The notes beneath the pieces are model-generated. The model had not been told where the DNA came from. It saw only the letters and a program-made list of their open reading frames with translations, and ran no database searches. A stretch of DNA of 64,000 bases from Chiloscyllium plagiosum (taxonomy: Eukaryota), in the NCBI RefSeq assembly GCF_004010195.1, contig NC_057756.1, positions 2,078,020-2,142,019 on the forward strand, given 5' to 3'. Made by a program: the position numbers and the translations under genes. Below are positions 1 to 15,039 of the stretch, piece after piece (positions within the stretch are counted from its first letter, which is position 1; each line of letters starts with the position of its first letter).

Positions 1-905
1 AATTGTGCATATGGCTGGACGAGAAAACATGATTGCTGACGAATTCGCGAGACTTGGATGAGAAACTAAGGCATTCGGTGACAGAAGTAGTGGACATAAA
101 TGTAATTTACTCGCGAATGTTTGCATGATTGTAATCAATGTAATATAAATGTGTTGCCGTGTATGAAAGTGTAAGATTAAGAGGTATTAAAATTAATCCG
201 TTATGGGACATTGATGTTTCATTATTTTAAGGGTGTAGATGTGATAATGCAGCTCCTTTAACAAGGTTAAGATTTTTTTTCAAGTGGGGTTGAAAAACGC
301 AGAGGTTCTGAATTGTTCGGCTAAAGGCCACTTTGATTGTACTTAAACATATGTTGCCTCAGGCTACAATTAAGGAAAAGAGTTTTTGTTTGTTTTTGTT
401 ACGTCACTTTTGCAATGAAAGAGAAGTAGTCAGTTGTCCCTGTTCAGGGATTTCTTCAGTTTGGTTTCATTCTTGCAGTTAGAAACTGCTGGGGGCAGAG
501 AAGCAGCGATAGTGAAAGGTTCCATGCTTCAGCAAAAGATCTCTCGCTGTGTTTTCTCTCTCTAACATATCTGCCGGAAAAGAAACTTGGGTTGGAATTT
601 ACCTTTTCTGTCTTCCGGTCTAATGATGGGAATATTGCAGGAATTTGGAACAGCGATATTAAGTTGTGATCAAGTCAGTTATGTTTTCAGATTGATTAAG
701 TTATTCTGGTTTTCTTTTCTCTTTTGTACGTGTTTCATTTGGTAGCATTTAAACAAATTCTCTTTTTTGTAGAAAAGTGAGTGGTTTCACCAGATGCATC
801 ACTCCTGTTATACCTAACTTACATCTGCCTATAATAACTAGAAAACCTAGTATCCGGCTACCTTCTTATAATGTTTTGGGGGGATCTTACGTGGTTCATA
901 GCAAT
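1..905 (+). mobile_element. 3' end of a Gypsy LTR retrotransposon (RNase H end plus LTR ~240-903)
   Basis: IVHMAGRENMIAD motif at 2-40, paralleled at ~5780; purine tract then TG...CA LTR-like segment. Confidence 0.7.
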
Positions 906-1174
906 TTTCATTCGCCAAGGATATTTTCATGGCCTTTTAGCAATTCGACAGCTTTACATTTTAGTCACTTACTTTCCTTTCGTTTTATTTTGTGTACATT
1001 TCGACACACACAGACCTCTTTTTCTCTCTCTTTGATATGTATAAATATCTATACAAAAAAAAACCTCTCTCTCTCAATGGTAATGCACCACCTTACATTT
1101 ACCATTGCAAAAAGAAAATGTGCTCATCTAGGGTATGTTCATCACATGCATTGAAGGTCGAGGGTATTGCCTTT

Positions 1175-4100
1175 GCCTACAATAAAGTCAGGAGTTTTGG
1201 AGATCATGTTCTCTAATTCCAGGTTGCGTTTGGAATTATTGGTTTCATAGGCAGTGACAAGTGAGTGTGGTGTTTCCTTTTCGGGTGTGGAATTGATTTA
1301 ATTTAAATAGTGTATGCCTTGCATAATAATGGCTCATTTAATCTGAGGAGATGTCTGGGCAGGGGAGAACTTATTTCCAGAATTTTGCAGAAAGTTAAAA
1401 AGACAAAGATTTTTAAATTCTCAGACAATCTCGAGGTGGGGTTACCTCTGTCGGCGTGCAAAGGGGAGGAAGTCGCAGCAATTGCTCTATAATTGCAATG
1501 TTTGGAAATGCCATCGGGATCATGCGAATTGGCTGAAATTCGTTTGAAAATGAAGCAGCTCGAACATGAAGAGGAAATGAGACGTTGTTAATTACGATTG
1601 AAAACAGAAAGTTAAGAAGAAAATGAAGGCCTAGCTAACGAAAGGGAAAACAAAAATAGTTGTGAGCTTCACAGTTTGGAACTGACAAGTCAAAGTAGAC
1701 TTAAAGTAGTGGATGGAGTATTGGAGATAAGGAGCAGTGATGACAAAAGAGATGGAGAGAAATGCCAACGTAACGAGAGGTCTGGCGTTGATTTTTTTTT
1801 AAAATATACCCAAGCATTGTTCAATTTTAATGAGAAGAATGTAAAAGCCGTGTTCATTTTATTTGAGAAAGTGACAACACAAGCAAAATGGCCGGATACA
1901 ATATCCTAATTCTTGAACCAAAGTTGTGTTTTTGAGCTCGTGACTTCGTTCGATCAGTACCAGATGAGTTTTCTGGTTAGGATGGAAAGGTGAGACAGGC
2001 CATCTTTTGTGTATATGAGCTCGAATCCCAGCACTGAAGATATACAGACAATGTGTTTAGCATGCAATAAGTAATAAACTCATCAATTGCGTTCAGAGTT
2101 TGAAAAATTAAAACAAAGTAATGGGATAGTGTGATAAGGTCATTGAAAATAGATCTAACGTATAACACTTTTAGGGAGATGATAATATTGACGGAGTTCA
2201 AACCTTCACTTCCTGAAGTAATGAGATTTAAACGACAAGATCACAGTGTATATTCCACATGTCTACGTGTTTGTTCATAATCAAATGTTTGGATTTCGAC
2301 ATCAGTTGTAATCTGTGAAGAATAGAAACAGGGCGTGCAGAGAAATCTTGAGATGTTAAGGAAAATGTGATATCATTGAAGATATTAAAGATAGATTAGC
2401 ACAAGAAAGAAAGGAACCGCATTGGGGGAAAGAAAAGTAAAAACAAAGCTCATTTGCCTCTCGTGTAATAATATCACCTGCCTGAAATCTCAGTAGTGAG
2501 GTTGAATAAAATGTACTGGGAAGACGGATGTGGGAAAATAAATAAACCAGTGAATTTTGCTGAAATGATAAAAAAAAGTGTGGAAGCTAATTAGTTGCAA
2601 AAGAGTATACAACTGGTCAGGGTTTGGTTGAAAAGGAAGTGCCAGCTCTCTTTACATGATTATTTGCGAGGGTGATGTTTATTCATGTATTCCAGAGGAG
2701 CGGATGCACAAATTAAATTTTACGAGAAAAGTGAACAATTATTTGAGGCATACGGAGATATGAAAGTCAGAAGTAGAATTGCCAGCAAAGATGGTAATAT
2801 GTGGAATTCATGATGACAAGTGCAATGTTCCGTTACAAGAAATGGGATTGGGGAATCCTCTGAAAAGTGCTCAAGTATGGCTAGGAGCAGTGCAGGAAAT
2901 GTTGCTTCCAGAAATAAAATTTATCCATGTTAATTATTAGCTGCGTAACATTTGTGGCTGGTGCTCATTTTGGTGGAAAACACAAAAGAAAATCAGGAAA
3001 CCGCTGTGCTACAGGAAGTATATCCTAGGAATTCTCCTAACAGCGCAGTAAAAAGTTCAGAAAGCCACAGTATGAAACATGAAGAGAAATTCATCATTAA
3101 AGGTAAGGGCTTTAATGATCAAATAACAGAAAGCATAATTACACGAACAATCAAAAGAAAAGAAGATAAGAAAGTAGATATTATTAGCTCAGATAAATTA
3201 GCAGAATTACAAAGAAAATATGAAAAGTTAAAGCAGTTGAAGCAAAACAAAAATTATATGAAAGAATATGCTGAGTATTTTAAGAATGTTACAATATTTT
3301 TTTAAAAAAAATAGAAATGGGAACCATTTGATATTCAGGCCAATAAGAAATGGACAGAAGTTCATCAAGTTGTTTTCTTGGTAGCGATAAGAAGGATGTG
3401 TTGTGGCTAGCACAAGAACTGCAAACAGATGGATATTGTAATTAAGAAAATTTAAACGATGATACCAAAAAAAGTTTCTCAATGTCTGGAATGCCATGAG
3501 TTTTCTAAAAAAAAAGTCTTCATCATCAGTTTATTAAGAAGCTCAGAACGCATTTACCGGACATAATCAGCATCCTTAATACCCATTCACACGTTTGACA
3601 ATGCTTTTAAAAAATGCATAATTGCTTGCATAGGACTGGGACTTGCAATAAACACGGAATTATTTTAATTTATCATATTGCATGCACGTATTTGACTTTA
3701 ACAGATTCTTGCATTGCCCAACATCGTGAAGGATTGTGCAGAAGTTACCTAGTTGGTATTTCGAGACTTTGACTGCTCATGGATATACAATCATGTCGAG
3801 GATCAAGTTTTACACTCAAAGAATTTAAGGAGGTTATGGATAGCTTAGTAATAGGACAAGTCGAATGCATTATGTACAATTTAGACTCACGGGAATCACG
3901 AGAATAGTCACATTCTAAATTGAAGACAATGTTGGGTCCTTATAGTGACGACTATCCTGAGGATTTGGATAAATGAATTCCATTCGCACATGTTGAAATG
4001 AAGGAAGGATCTCATAAATCAAATTCAGTGCACGTGGATTACTTTTCAGACATAAGGTGAAAGGACTGCTGAAATGCAGTGATGAGAAATTGATGAGTCA

Positions 4101-6645
4101 GACTTTAGAGCTCATATGTTTGGACTATTTGACAATTTTTAGTGAAATAATAAATAAAGGGCTTGATTTAGCAAGTCGGCATTTGAAAGTGTCACGTCAT
4201 GTCGTGAAACAGGATGCACATAAGAAGTCAAAAAAGCTTACGTTTTCTATTGGAAACAAAGTGTTAGTTTTATTTTTTCGGTCGATGAACTTTATAACGC
4301 ATGATTTAGTCGACTTCATCAATCCAGAAAGAAATTGAGTGTGGTGAATTGTTTGATAACAACGCCACACAGAAAAAAAAACAGTTTCCCCAACGTGAAT
4401 ATGGTCAAAACTTTTTTTGACTAAGAAGGAAAGTAAAAGGAGAATGTGTTAATATATATAATACAGTGTAAAAATCCAAGTTCTGATGATAGTGATTCTG
4501 AATTTCTTTAAATTAATTTGGACAGTGAGGAAGTTCTCAGAAACAGGAATGAATTATTGAGTTGCCTTGCAGAGGAATTTCGAAATGACTTCAACAAGTT
4601 GTTGCAATCACCTGAGGCAATGTGTGGGAATGAATTGGGAAGCTCTATTTTAATTATGCATGATATAGACATCAGAAATATTATTCCAGTTAAGCAGCAT
4701 CCTTCTAAACTTAACTTTTAATTCTTCAAAGTTGGCAAAGGTTCAATAAGACATCAAAAGCCTACTCAAAGACAAAACAATTGAAGCGAGTTAGAGCAAA
4801 TGGAGCTCACCCACAGTAATGTTGCCAAGACCAGATTTTGCCCAATGAGTATTTGTGGACAAACGGAAAATCAAAGATCATAGACAATCTTTTTCGAATC
4901 CCATTCCACATTTGGGATGCAGCACTGGGAAGGTGGGACTGACTCGAAAGAAACTGGAAGTCGATTTTTTCCGGAAGAGCTAAGAAATTTTTGGTATGGT
5001 GTTCTTGATGCCGAATAAGTGCACTTTTTCAAACGCAAGCCATTTAGTATGAGAAATGAAGATATATATTGAAGACAATCAAATACAGTCATTTCGGGAG
5101 TACCCAATTTCGTGCTGTGTTTTGACAATATCGTGATTTCTAGTCACGTATTGAAGGAAAGTTTGGTATATCGACCAAAATTGTTCATTTGACTGCAGGT
5201 GGCAAGCTTGGTGTTAAACATTGTTAAGAGTGAATCCACAAAAAGGTACGTCAGTTTCCTTTGCCCTGCCATTGGGCATTTGGGTATTTTCCCGACCTTA
5301 GGTAAATAGTCAATCTCTCCAATTCACGGAATTCAGACATTTTCTTTTCTTACGTGAAGAATATACCAAAATCTGGCAAGTGATTGCTCTACTAATTGAC
5401 TTGCTGAAGAAGTGCAGAAGGCAATTGATGGGCCGAACACGTTGTTAACCAATGCCCCATTGTTAGCCACACCTAAATGCACAATGCCATTTGAGACTGG
5501 CTACTGATATGAGTGATATATGTGTCAATATTGTACATTTCTATGAAGACGACGAGAACACAGAAGGAAGTATTGATAATTCTTTCAGTAAATTCAATAT
5601 TTATCAACAGAAAGAAGGCCTTGCTTTTTGTGCTGTTATTTCAAAATTCCAACAATCATATTGTCAATAATTTGGCAGAGATAGTTGTATATTTTGATAA
5701 TAACCACTTGAAGTTTTTGTAAAAAAAATGTAAAAGATTGTTCCAATACAGCTTGTTATTGCAACCTTCAACGTCAAAATTATACATGTTCCAGTTCGAG
5801 TGAATTTAATTGCTCTGTTGTAACAAGTTTGATGAAGCATGAAAGAGGTGCACGGTGGTGGCAAATAATGAAATAGATTAGTCCGTAGCAGTAAATGTTT
5901 GCATGCTTGCAATCAATCTCATGCCTATATATTGTTCGTATTCATAGTATAAGACTAAAGCTTTTTAGAAATGACGCCATCTTTATATATTAATGGGTTG
6001 TTTCCTTTCAAGCGGACTTGTGACGCTATGCACTTCAGAAATTTAGTTTGCCCTTTCTTTATGAGGAAAGGTTAGACAGAGTCACCGTGCAGTCTGCAAT
6101 AACATAGATATCTTGTGAGGCTTCTTTAACATTTAGAACAAGGATGCAGCCTGCATAAATGGGGTTAAGCCTCCTCAGAATCACGATTTTCAGTTTTACC
6201 TTTCTGTAGTTGCCGTGGTCTTCATTCTAAATGTGGAAATTGTTATTGCACTCTGTAATGACTAAGAGCTGTGTCTGTCTTCAGTCGTCGAGAATTGCTT
6301 GTGAGACAACCTATTTTGTTGAATATGTCTTTGCTCAGGTTTACTTTATGGGATACTCCTTTATTGGCATATAATACATAATTGGTTTTATATATATATT
6401 ATTGTTGAACATTTCAATACAATTGCTGTGTTGCAGATTGTTTCATTTCAGTTCAATTTTTTTCTGTATTTTAATGGCAGTGTAGATATCATTTGAGGTT
6501 TGGTTAAAGTCGAGTGGTTTGACAAATGAAAATCCATCAAGAATGCAATTACCTACACTTTCCTTAAAATAATTTTAAAAAGCTAGTCTTTAGTCTACTT
6601 TCCTGGGTAGTTTTGAGGGCGGTTTGTCTTTTCCGTAAGAATCTC
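1175..6645 (+). mobile_element. Decayed Gmr1-type Gypsy element (gag, PR, INT, RT, RNase H, LTR)
   Basis: gag-like ORFs 1310-1909; integrase remnants ~3350-4400 lie upstream of RT remnants (IPVKQHP, WSSP, ~4650-5300); RNase H ~5400-5830; LTR ~6020-6640. Confidence 0.8.
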
Positions 6646-7499
6646 TTGGAAAGGATTGTTTTCATTCTGTGATTTTACAATAAAAAATGGAATCATGGCA
6701 AATTATCATTAGAATTCGCAAATTTACTCAAAACTTAGTTCGTTTTCAGCCTTTTGAACGAGGAATACTTGTATGTAAATACTTGTGAGTAAATAATTTA
6801 CTTGACAAAATGTGACACGCACTTGAAAAACAGTCAAATTGAGAAACTATAAAGTTTATGAGCAAACTAAAATGGACACCAGTAAAAGATAAATCTGTAA
6901 TGCATATTATCAGCGATTACATCTATTGGGGAGTAGATCAGTTAACTCTGACAGTGGTACAAATATGAAATATCTTACATTTACCATTTATCTTTTTAAC
7001 CAGTACAAAGACTGAAAAATGCAGTTCACGTAATGTCACATAACATTTTGTAATGTGCTGTCATGTTGAGGACAGCGTCTCAAATTCAACACAGTGACTG
7101 CAATTGAATGGAGGTGAAGCATGACATTACATGGTACCAAAGAAATAAGAAACATGTATCAGAGCCCGAAACAAATTTGTTCTTCGTCTTTGCAATAAAC
7201 AGCTTGTTCAATTTCCGCCTTTCAAATTCTGTGCTAAATCAGAGATAATCTACTGATAATCACGTTTGCATGGAATATCGAGAAAACAAAACCTGCAAAA
7301 CGAGGTACACTGTTTAGGTGAATGGCCAGTGGAATGAAATTAGTGTTTACTTTGCTTATCGTACTAAAATATACAGTGGTGGACATCACAAAGTAATGTG
7401 CTCTTTTTCCAACGTATCAAGCATAATGTGGTGACAGACAGTTGAATCAGATGTACATCGTTGCTGATCATGGCGATGGAATTGAGTTATTTCTTTATA

Positions 7500-9073
7500 T
7501 TAGTTTAAGTTTCTGAAGTTTCCTACAAAAATCGCAAACTCTGGCAGAGCTAAATGGATGAGATTGGTTTGGCTAGCATTGCCAAGATTATAAACATTAA
7601 AGGTGAAGCTGTAGAATCGTGTATATCACGAAAGGAGTGTCCATTATCGAAAAAGACAATGCATCAATATTTGCCGATCTCAGAAAACTCAATATTTCGC
7701 AAAGCATGTGGAAATCTGTTTTATTCTGAGGATAACAACCCTTAATGCTTGCAGAAAGAAAATGGCTGAAATAATCTCCTACATAATATTAATGGCAATA
7801 CATAATCTTTTGGATTTCTTGACCGGTTTCTTAAATGGGGAATCTTATTATGGTGTGTATTACTTCGAAGTTGCCAAAACGAAAGCTAAACGCAAATCTT
7901 TGAATTGGAAGTTATCAAATAACACAGAACACACTGCAATTTTATGTCAGACTTTGCACGGTTGGACATACAAATCCAGAGTTACAGACCAAAGGAATAC
8001 ATTGTGTGTACCATGTATTCTACAAATATATTTGAAAATCAAATTCTGTCTCCAAAGGTATTGTATCTTTCGTCAGATGTTTTCAAAAGTTTGTGTCCAT
8101 CTCAGACATTTAGACAAAGTCAAATCACATTTCAAAACGGAACTTTCACCAGTGGACACAATGTAACACGCTTTAATTGCCATGTAATCATTAAATAAAA
8201 GAATTACATTGTTTTCTGACCTGTGACTTTTAATTTTCTTTCCAGTGCTTCCATTTCTAAACAAGAACATAACAAAATCAAGAGGTGTTTGCTTATTAAA
8301 GAAAGCTTTAATAGAAGCTTCCCGATGTAATTCGTCCCTTTCTACTTATAGATTGCACTCCAACGTTTTCAGCATATAATCCAGTTACAGAATTCTCGCA
8401 TTATTACTGGGGAAGTGTACATGATGTATACTTTTTTTCATACAATACATAGAAATCATTCAGTCATTGACGATTCCATGTTTTTCTTTCAGTCGCAGGC
8501 TTTATTCACTAAATTTGATGGTATGTATTTATACGACATTATAATACTTGTGTTTTGTCCACTGTATCGAACTGCATACCCATCTTTTTCATAAAGAGAA
8601 GGATATTCCCTTAAAATAATATTATTTTGAATACATCGAGGTTTTGCAAGAACCAAGATGATCAGAGAGCCTTTAATATCGATAATGCACTTTTGTAATC
8701 CCTTCCCTCATGCTTTGTCATTTCGTGCATATTTTAAACTCTAACGTCGGCAGTTGTTTTTTACTTACATGCAAACGAAACGTCATAATGCTAGCTACTC
8801 CGCGTTTTTCCTGTTTACTGAGTGTATTGCCCTTCAGACTACTTTTTCGATCTGTTGTTGATCAAGTTCTGGTGGTTAACGTTTGTTGATCTGACGTAAT
8901 CTTTTAGCAAAACCAATTGGCTTCTGAATGCAAACTTAATTCCATTCTGAACTTCTTAAAGTCAACTGATAATACCTATCAATTTGTCGAAAATTGCAAT
9001 CTCCAGCTGTTCTGAGTCTTCATATTTGACAGAACTTGGTCCGACTAAAAATGAGTCGACATTTCTTTCATAT
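7500..9073 (-). pseudogene. C9orf72-like C-terminal exon group (9073-8976, 8609-8580, 8256-8221, 8100-8012, 7522-7500)
   Basis: Phase-consistent YERNVDSFLVGPSSVKYEDSEQLEIAIFDKLI-GNILLFMKKM-EMEALERKLKVT, then a 1-nt phase slip and TGA in WTQTFENI*RKIQYL, then GNFRNLN*. Confidence 0.6.
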
Positions 9074-9194
9074 CTACACAGAAATTACTTAAAATATATC
9101 TAATTGAATCACTATCTTGTTATTGTTTTCTTATTAAGTTATGGACAATGTTTTAGACCTGAAAACAAGTGACTATGTTTACTTCATACACTCA

Positions 9195-10370
9195 TCGAAT
9201 CATGGAGTTGTACAGAACTGAAACAGGCCCTTTGTTCCAACTCGTCTATGCTGACCAGCGGTTCTCAACAGACCACTCTAATTGGACAGGATTTGGCCCA
9301 TAACATTCTAAACACTTTTTGTTCAGGCACCCATCCAAATGTCTTTTAAATGTTGTAGTTATACACACCTCCAGCTCCTCTGGCCACTTGTTCTGAACCT
9401 GCACAATCTGCATGACAATGTTGACCCTCAGATTGTCTGAAATCCTTCTCCTCACAACTAAAAGTTACACACTATAGTTTTGGACTTCCCTACACTTGGT
9501 CGAAGGCCTTGTTTATTCTAAAAATGCATGCCTCTAACGAGCTGTCAATTTGTCTGAAGTCACCGCTCACCTTCGGATTCTCCAATGGAAAGTGTTCAAG
9601 CCCATTCAGCTTGGTCCTATAACTGAAATCCACCAACACTGGCAACATTATTGCAAATGTTTACTGAATCTTATCAAGCTTAGCAGCGTCTTTCCTATAG
9701 CAGGGAGAGTACAATTAAACATTACTCTAAAAGTGGTAAAAACAATGACTGCAGATGCTGGAAACCAGATTCTGGATTAGTGGTACTGGAAGAGCACAGC
9801 AGGTCAGGCAGCATCCAAAAGAGCTTCGAAATCGACGTTTCGGGCAAAAGCCTTTCATCCTGATGAAGGGCTTTTGCCCTAAACGTCGATTTCGAAGCTC
9901 CTTGGATGCTGCCTGAACTGCTATGCTCTTCCAGCACCACTAATCCAGTACTCTAAAAGTGGCCTAGCCATTGTCCTGTTCAATCACAACGTGATAGCCC
10001 AGCTGTTATATTCAGTGCACTGACCAATGAAGGCAACCTATTTAACCAACCTGTCTACCTGAAACTCCAATTTCAAAGAACAATGCACCTGCTCCCTAGT
10101 TCTGTTTGTTCGACAATGGCCCCTCGGACCCGACCATTAATGGTATAATTCCTGCACTCGTTTGCCTTTCAAGTATGCAACACGTTTCATTTTACTAATT
10201 AAATGCCATCCACTATGCATCGGCCCATTTCACCTATGTGATCAGTGTTGCTTTGGATTCTAAGATAACCTTCTTCACCGATTACTACACCACCAATTTA
10301 TGTGTCGTTTACAAAGTTATTAACCACACCTTCCATATTCGGATCAACGACATTTGGAAAAATGACGAAA
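9195..10370 (-). mobile_element. Decayed CR1 LINE 3' fragment
   Basis: ITTTFKRHLD C-terminal ORF2 motif in ORF 9246..9455(-); 3' UTR like the other CR1 copies. Confidence 0.75.
9737..9948. mobile_element. Short palindromic Penelope-like insertion with a 14-bp TSD
   Basis: TACTCTAAAAGTGG at 9723-9736 and 9949-9962; inverted arms ~9772-9858 and ~9862-9948. Confidence 0.8.
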
Positions 10371-10649
10371 CGTAAGTATTGTGATTTTTTATATTGCACA
10401 ATGGGGGAGGGGGGGGTGGGTAGCGGGGCGGAAGCAGACATTCTAACCGCGAAAAACAAGTAACAGAATTTCGGAAAGAACGAAGTATGCTACTAATTTA
10501 ATAGATTATAGAAAGTGAACAATTGCATATGTTCAAACTATTCGAATTGTACGGACATTCCAATAAGCAAAGCTTCTTAAATACATTTGTATTTTGATTT
10601 ATTCTTGAAACCACAAGCATTGAAATTGACATGGAAAATGTCATGACTT

Positions 10650-13600
10650 CTTTTGTCACCTTCTCCACACCAACTTCTTATCTAACCTTCCCGTAACCTC
10701 AAAACCCAAACTGGCTTAGTTGCTATTATGAAAAACAAATGTGAATTTTGCCAATCAGTTTAAATTATATTTCAAAGTACCAAATTCCAATCAAGTTTGA
10801 ATTTAGCATATTGACAAAAGTTTTTTTAAAAATGACACAATCCGAAGCTTTGGCATAGAAGACATGGAAAAAGACTGAACAGTATAGGGGAGAACTGCCA
10901 AGCCTCTAGCATGTACAGTAAACGTGAGTCACAGCTCTCTTAAAGGTAGCTGTATCCATCAATAATCTGTGGAAACACAAATATCTAAACATAAGAAAAT
11001 GTACAGAGGAAGGTAAGGTACAGAGATTTTTCCAAAGCTGCTTCATTTTCAAATTTGATTTTTTGGTTAATCTTACTTGGGGATTTTTGTCGAATTTCTA
11101 TTTTAGAACGCAAAGTAAAAGCATGTTTAGAGGCAGGAGATGTAAACATTTGTTCATTAATTATTCGCTGTTAAACTTTAAGAAATGAAGTTGTTAATTT
11201 TTACTTTAAATGATTCATTGTTTTCTCGAATTTTGACAGAATACTACCCGGGATAACTCATTTCTTTCTTGCTCTATTAACACAGTCTGGGATTTTACCT
11301 ATGTGGAAACAATTTGAGCGTTTCGTCCGGGATTAGAATTAGTTTAGAAAGATTAGAGTAGATTTGGAGACACGAAAGATCCCAGCAGATTTAAACATTT
11401 GCAAGGTATGGCCTACATCTTCACACAACACGGAGATTGAGGCGATTTTGTTTAATTTTGATGAATTGTGGTTGATAAAATTGAAAGTGAGACACATGGC
11501 TCTGAAGATTGTTACAAAGTTTTAGGATCTGAGGATAATTCTGAAGTTTGCCAAGGAATTCAGAAGGAAATGAAAAAGGCATACTTTCAGAATAAATAAA
11601 TCAATTATATTTGGTTTCACCACCGACAAAAGTAAAACAGAAATTATAAGAGAGTTACTCAAACATTTACATGAATCAGAGAAACAGACAAAAACTGTGG
11701 CGGTAGAGAATTTTAAATAATAATTCAGGAAAAGCGAGTTAGAAGATTAACAAAGAGAAGTGGGGCTGAGAGAGGGAGAGAGTTCGAGAAAGAGAGAGAG
11801 AAGTTTCTTAGTTGAGCAAATAGAGATAGAAGAAAGGGAGAGAGTAATAGAGACAGCAGAATAAAGAAAGCTTCTTAGATGAGCCAAAACGAGAGAGAAT
11901 TTGAGCTTGAGTAGTTGTGACTTAGTTATCAACGTCAAGTTAAAAGGATGGAGTTTAAAAGTGAAGGCAGTACACGATGTCAAATCTCTGCCACAGTTGG
12001 ATGAAAAAGGTGTTGAAGCCTTCTCTAATTCAAAGAAAAATTGGCTAGGCAGATGGTGAGGTCTGAGGATTATGGTAATATTATTTAAAATAATCTGGCA
12101 TGCAGTGCTGGTGCGATATTTGCCGCGCTTCCAGATGAGGGGTCAAGAGATTATGAAGAGGTTATACAGGCTATTTAAAGTTTTTTTAGGAATTGGTACA
12201 TGAAGCGTATAAAAAGCGGTTCAGAAACATATTGAAGGAACCAGGTCAGACTTGCGTTGAGTTCTAAAGAATTAACCAGAGACAGTTTGATGGACAGGTG
12301 CATGCTTTAAAAATATATAAGATATTTTCAGCCTCTACGAGACTTTATTCTATTTGAGAAGTTTAAGGTCTCACTTCGAGAGATGACAAAAAATCACGTC
12401 GAAGAACAGAAAGTTCAGGAAATGAGAAGGGCTGCAGAATTAGCAGACAAACACATTTTGGTGCATAACATAAATGTCTGGCCGGAATTTCATCCTGTGA
12501 AGGATAGAAGTTGGGAGAAGGAGAGATCCTAAACTGCAAACCAAGAGTCGAACTTACTGATAAGAATTTACCACAGTGTTTAAAAAATTCGCAAGAAAGT
12601 GGAAAGAGATGAAAGTTTCCCAATTTGGTAAAATGAGACACATGGCGTAAAAGTGCTGGTTTTTAAAGGAACAGTGGGAAAAGATGTTGTAAAAGAAGCT
12701 AAGCTAGTAGCATCAGTGAAGGGAGTAAAATAGACCACAAGAAGAACAAAGAAGCAGCAGGGAAGTGCAGAGACTTGGCGGGGTTGGGTATGTAGTTACT
12801 ACCTGATCTCGACAAAGAAATCGCTTCTGTGGGAAATGTTTCCTCAGAAAGAACAGGAGGAGAAGGACAAGAAGTCATAATTTTGAGAGATACCGGATGG
12901 AACCAATTGCTGATCATGAGAGATGAGCGAATATGAATTCTTTTTGATCCCTTACCTGCGACTGTGGTAATTTGTGGGATAGATGGACAAATATTCAGCG
13001 TTCCCTTATGTAAGATCAGGGTGGAGTGCCAATTCAAGTGTGTAAAGTTGCAAAGGAAGTGACTGCCAGAATGTCAGTTCACTCCCTTCGAGTCAATTTT
13101 CGGGCATGAAGTGAAAGGTCACTTGAAGTGAAGTAAAGAAAAAATGACAGGACCAAAGTCATAGATCTTACACTTAGTTCGGAGGTGAAGAAGAGATTAA
13201 ATCGATTAGATAACTTTGCTAAACAGCACCTAAAGAGGGCACAGTGTAGAATGAAGCAGGCGGCGGAAAAAAACCTCTGAGATGCCGCTTGCCTCAGTTC
13301 CCAAAATGTAAAGGATTATCTGATTCTGCCTGGATTATTGGAAGGTCAATACGGTAATAAAATCTGACAATATCCATTTAGAAGATTGGGGGTCTGTTTC
13401 GAGAATGATGGACAAGTGAGTTATAACACTAAATTGAACTGACTGCGTTGATGCTTACAGCAACGTTTATTAGAGACGAGGAAATAACATTTGTGTTTCC
13501 AACATCAAATGGACTAAATCAATTTAAAGTGATGTCCTTTGGAATGAAAAACGCACCCACCACATTCCAAAAAAGAACTCATGAGCAGAGTTGTTTCCGG

Positions 13601-14920
13601 GTTAACAAACAGTGCCAGGAGGCATTCCAGCATTTCAAAGCAATTTGTAACACTAAACCAGGTCTAACTACACCACATTTTACCAAATATTTTTAAATCA
13701 CGATCAATGCATAGGAATTGGAGCTGTACTGTTACAGGAAAATGAGGATTGAATCGAAGTGCCAGTTGGTTACTTTTCAGGAAGCTCAGCATTCAGCAGA
13801 CGTAATACTCTGTGATCAAAAAAGAAATATTGTGTTTGGTACCACTTTCCAACATTTAACATGTTGGTCACGAACAATGTCACAGATACGTTTATGTACT
13901 GGGATTGCCATCCCCTTACATTCTTAGAACGCTTTAAAGACAGGAATATAAGACTATTTCATTGGAGTCTTAAGTTACAGACTTTTAATTTAAAAAATTG
14001 TACATGTAACAGTTGCATTATCGTGGATGTAACAGATAAAGTAAAGAGGAAACTTCATCTCTGTCATGCCATATATACACAGAGAGGGGGGATGAGAGAG
14101 ATAGAGGAAGAAGTTAAAGTGAATCACATTAAAATTATCTGAATGTTATGGCAATGTGTTTTAAAATACCAAAGAAGAACGAAGCCATCTTTTCATGATG
14201 ACGGTTCATTTCATTCATAAGGTGGAGGTGTTATAAAAGGTAGAGCTGTACTGTATCTATAAAAGCGTGAAGGACGTGGCAAGCACCCAGACTGCTGGTG
14301 AATTTGCCATATAACATTTGTTGCAGCAGCAAGAACTGGCTTAGTTGTTATGAGACAAAAATATAGTTTAATTCGACGAATCAGTTGAAATTGTACTTCA
14401 AAATGCCAACTTATAATCAAGTTTGAATTTAGCATATTGACAATATTTCTAAAAAAGACAATGAAAGAATCCGATGACTTGGTGTATAAGACCTAGAAAA
14501 CGATAACAATTGAGGGGAGAATTGCCAAGCCACCACGATGTCCAGAGTTCCCAAAACATAACTTTCTGAAAGTTACCTATATCTATCAATGACTCGTGAA
14601 ACAAAAATGCTGAAAAAGAAGAAAATCTACATCGGAAGATGCGAAGGGAAGATCCAAAAGCTCCTTGATTCTTAAATTTGTAATTATTTTTATTATTTTC
14701 CTTGAGATTTTTATTGGACTGCTATTATGGAAGAGAAAGTAAAGTATAGAATACTGGAAAAAATTGTAAAACGTTGTAAGTTAATTATTATCTGTTGCAC
14801 TTTAAGAAATAACTTTGTTAATTTTTATTTTGAGTAATTCTTGGCCTCACGAATTTTCACAAATTACTGTATGGGATAAATATTTTCTGTGCTGCTGCTT
14901 TAAATTAACCGGGTTGAGTG
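10650..14920 (+). mobile_element. Internally deleted Gypsy element with two LTRs
   Basis: Shared CAAGTTTGAATTTAGCATATTGACAA at ~10792 and ~14419; FKVMSFGMKNAPTTF RT motif; DCHPLTFL..LFHWSLKLQ RNase H motif. Confidence 0.8.
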
Positions 14921-15039
14921 GCGTGGGGGGGGGGGGGGGGGGTGTTGAGGGGTGGGGACCCGTTTCGTAGCAATGCACAAAAGAGAAAACAGAATGGTAC
15001 CCTGAGTGCTGTCAACTGAGAAGACAGTGGTCTTTAAGA

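Noticed and set aside
7708..8166. 152-aa plus-strand ORF
   Set aside because: No recognisable motif or splice context, and it lies antisense to C9orf72-like exons. Probably chance.
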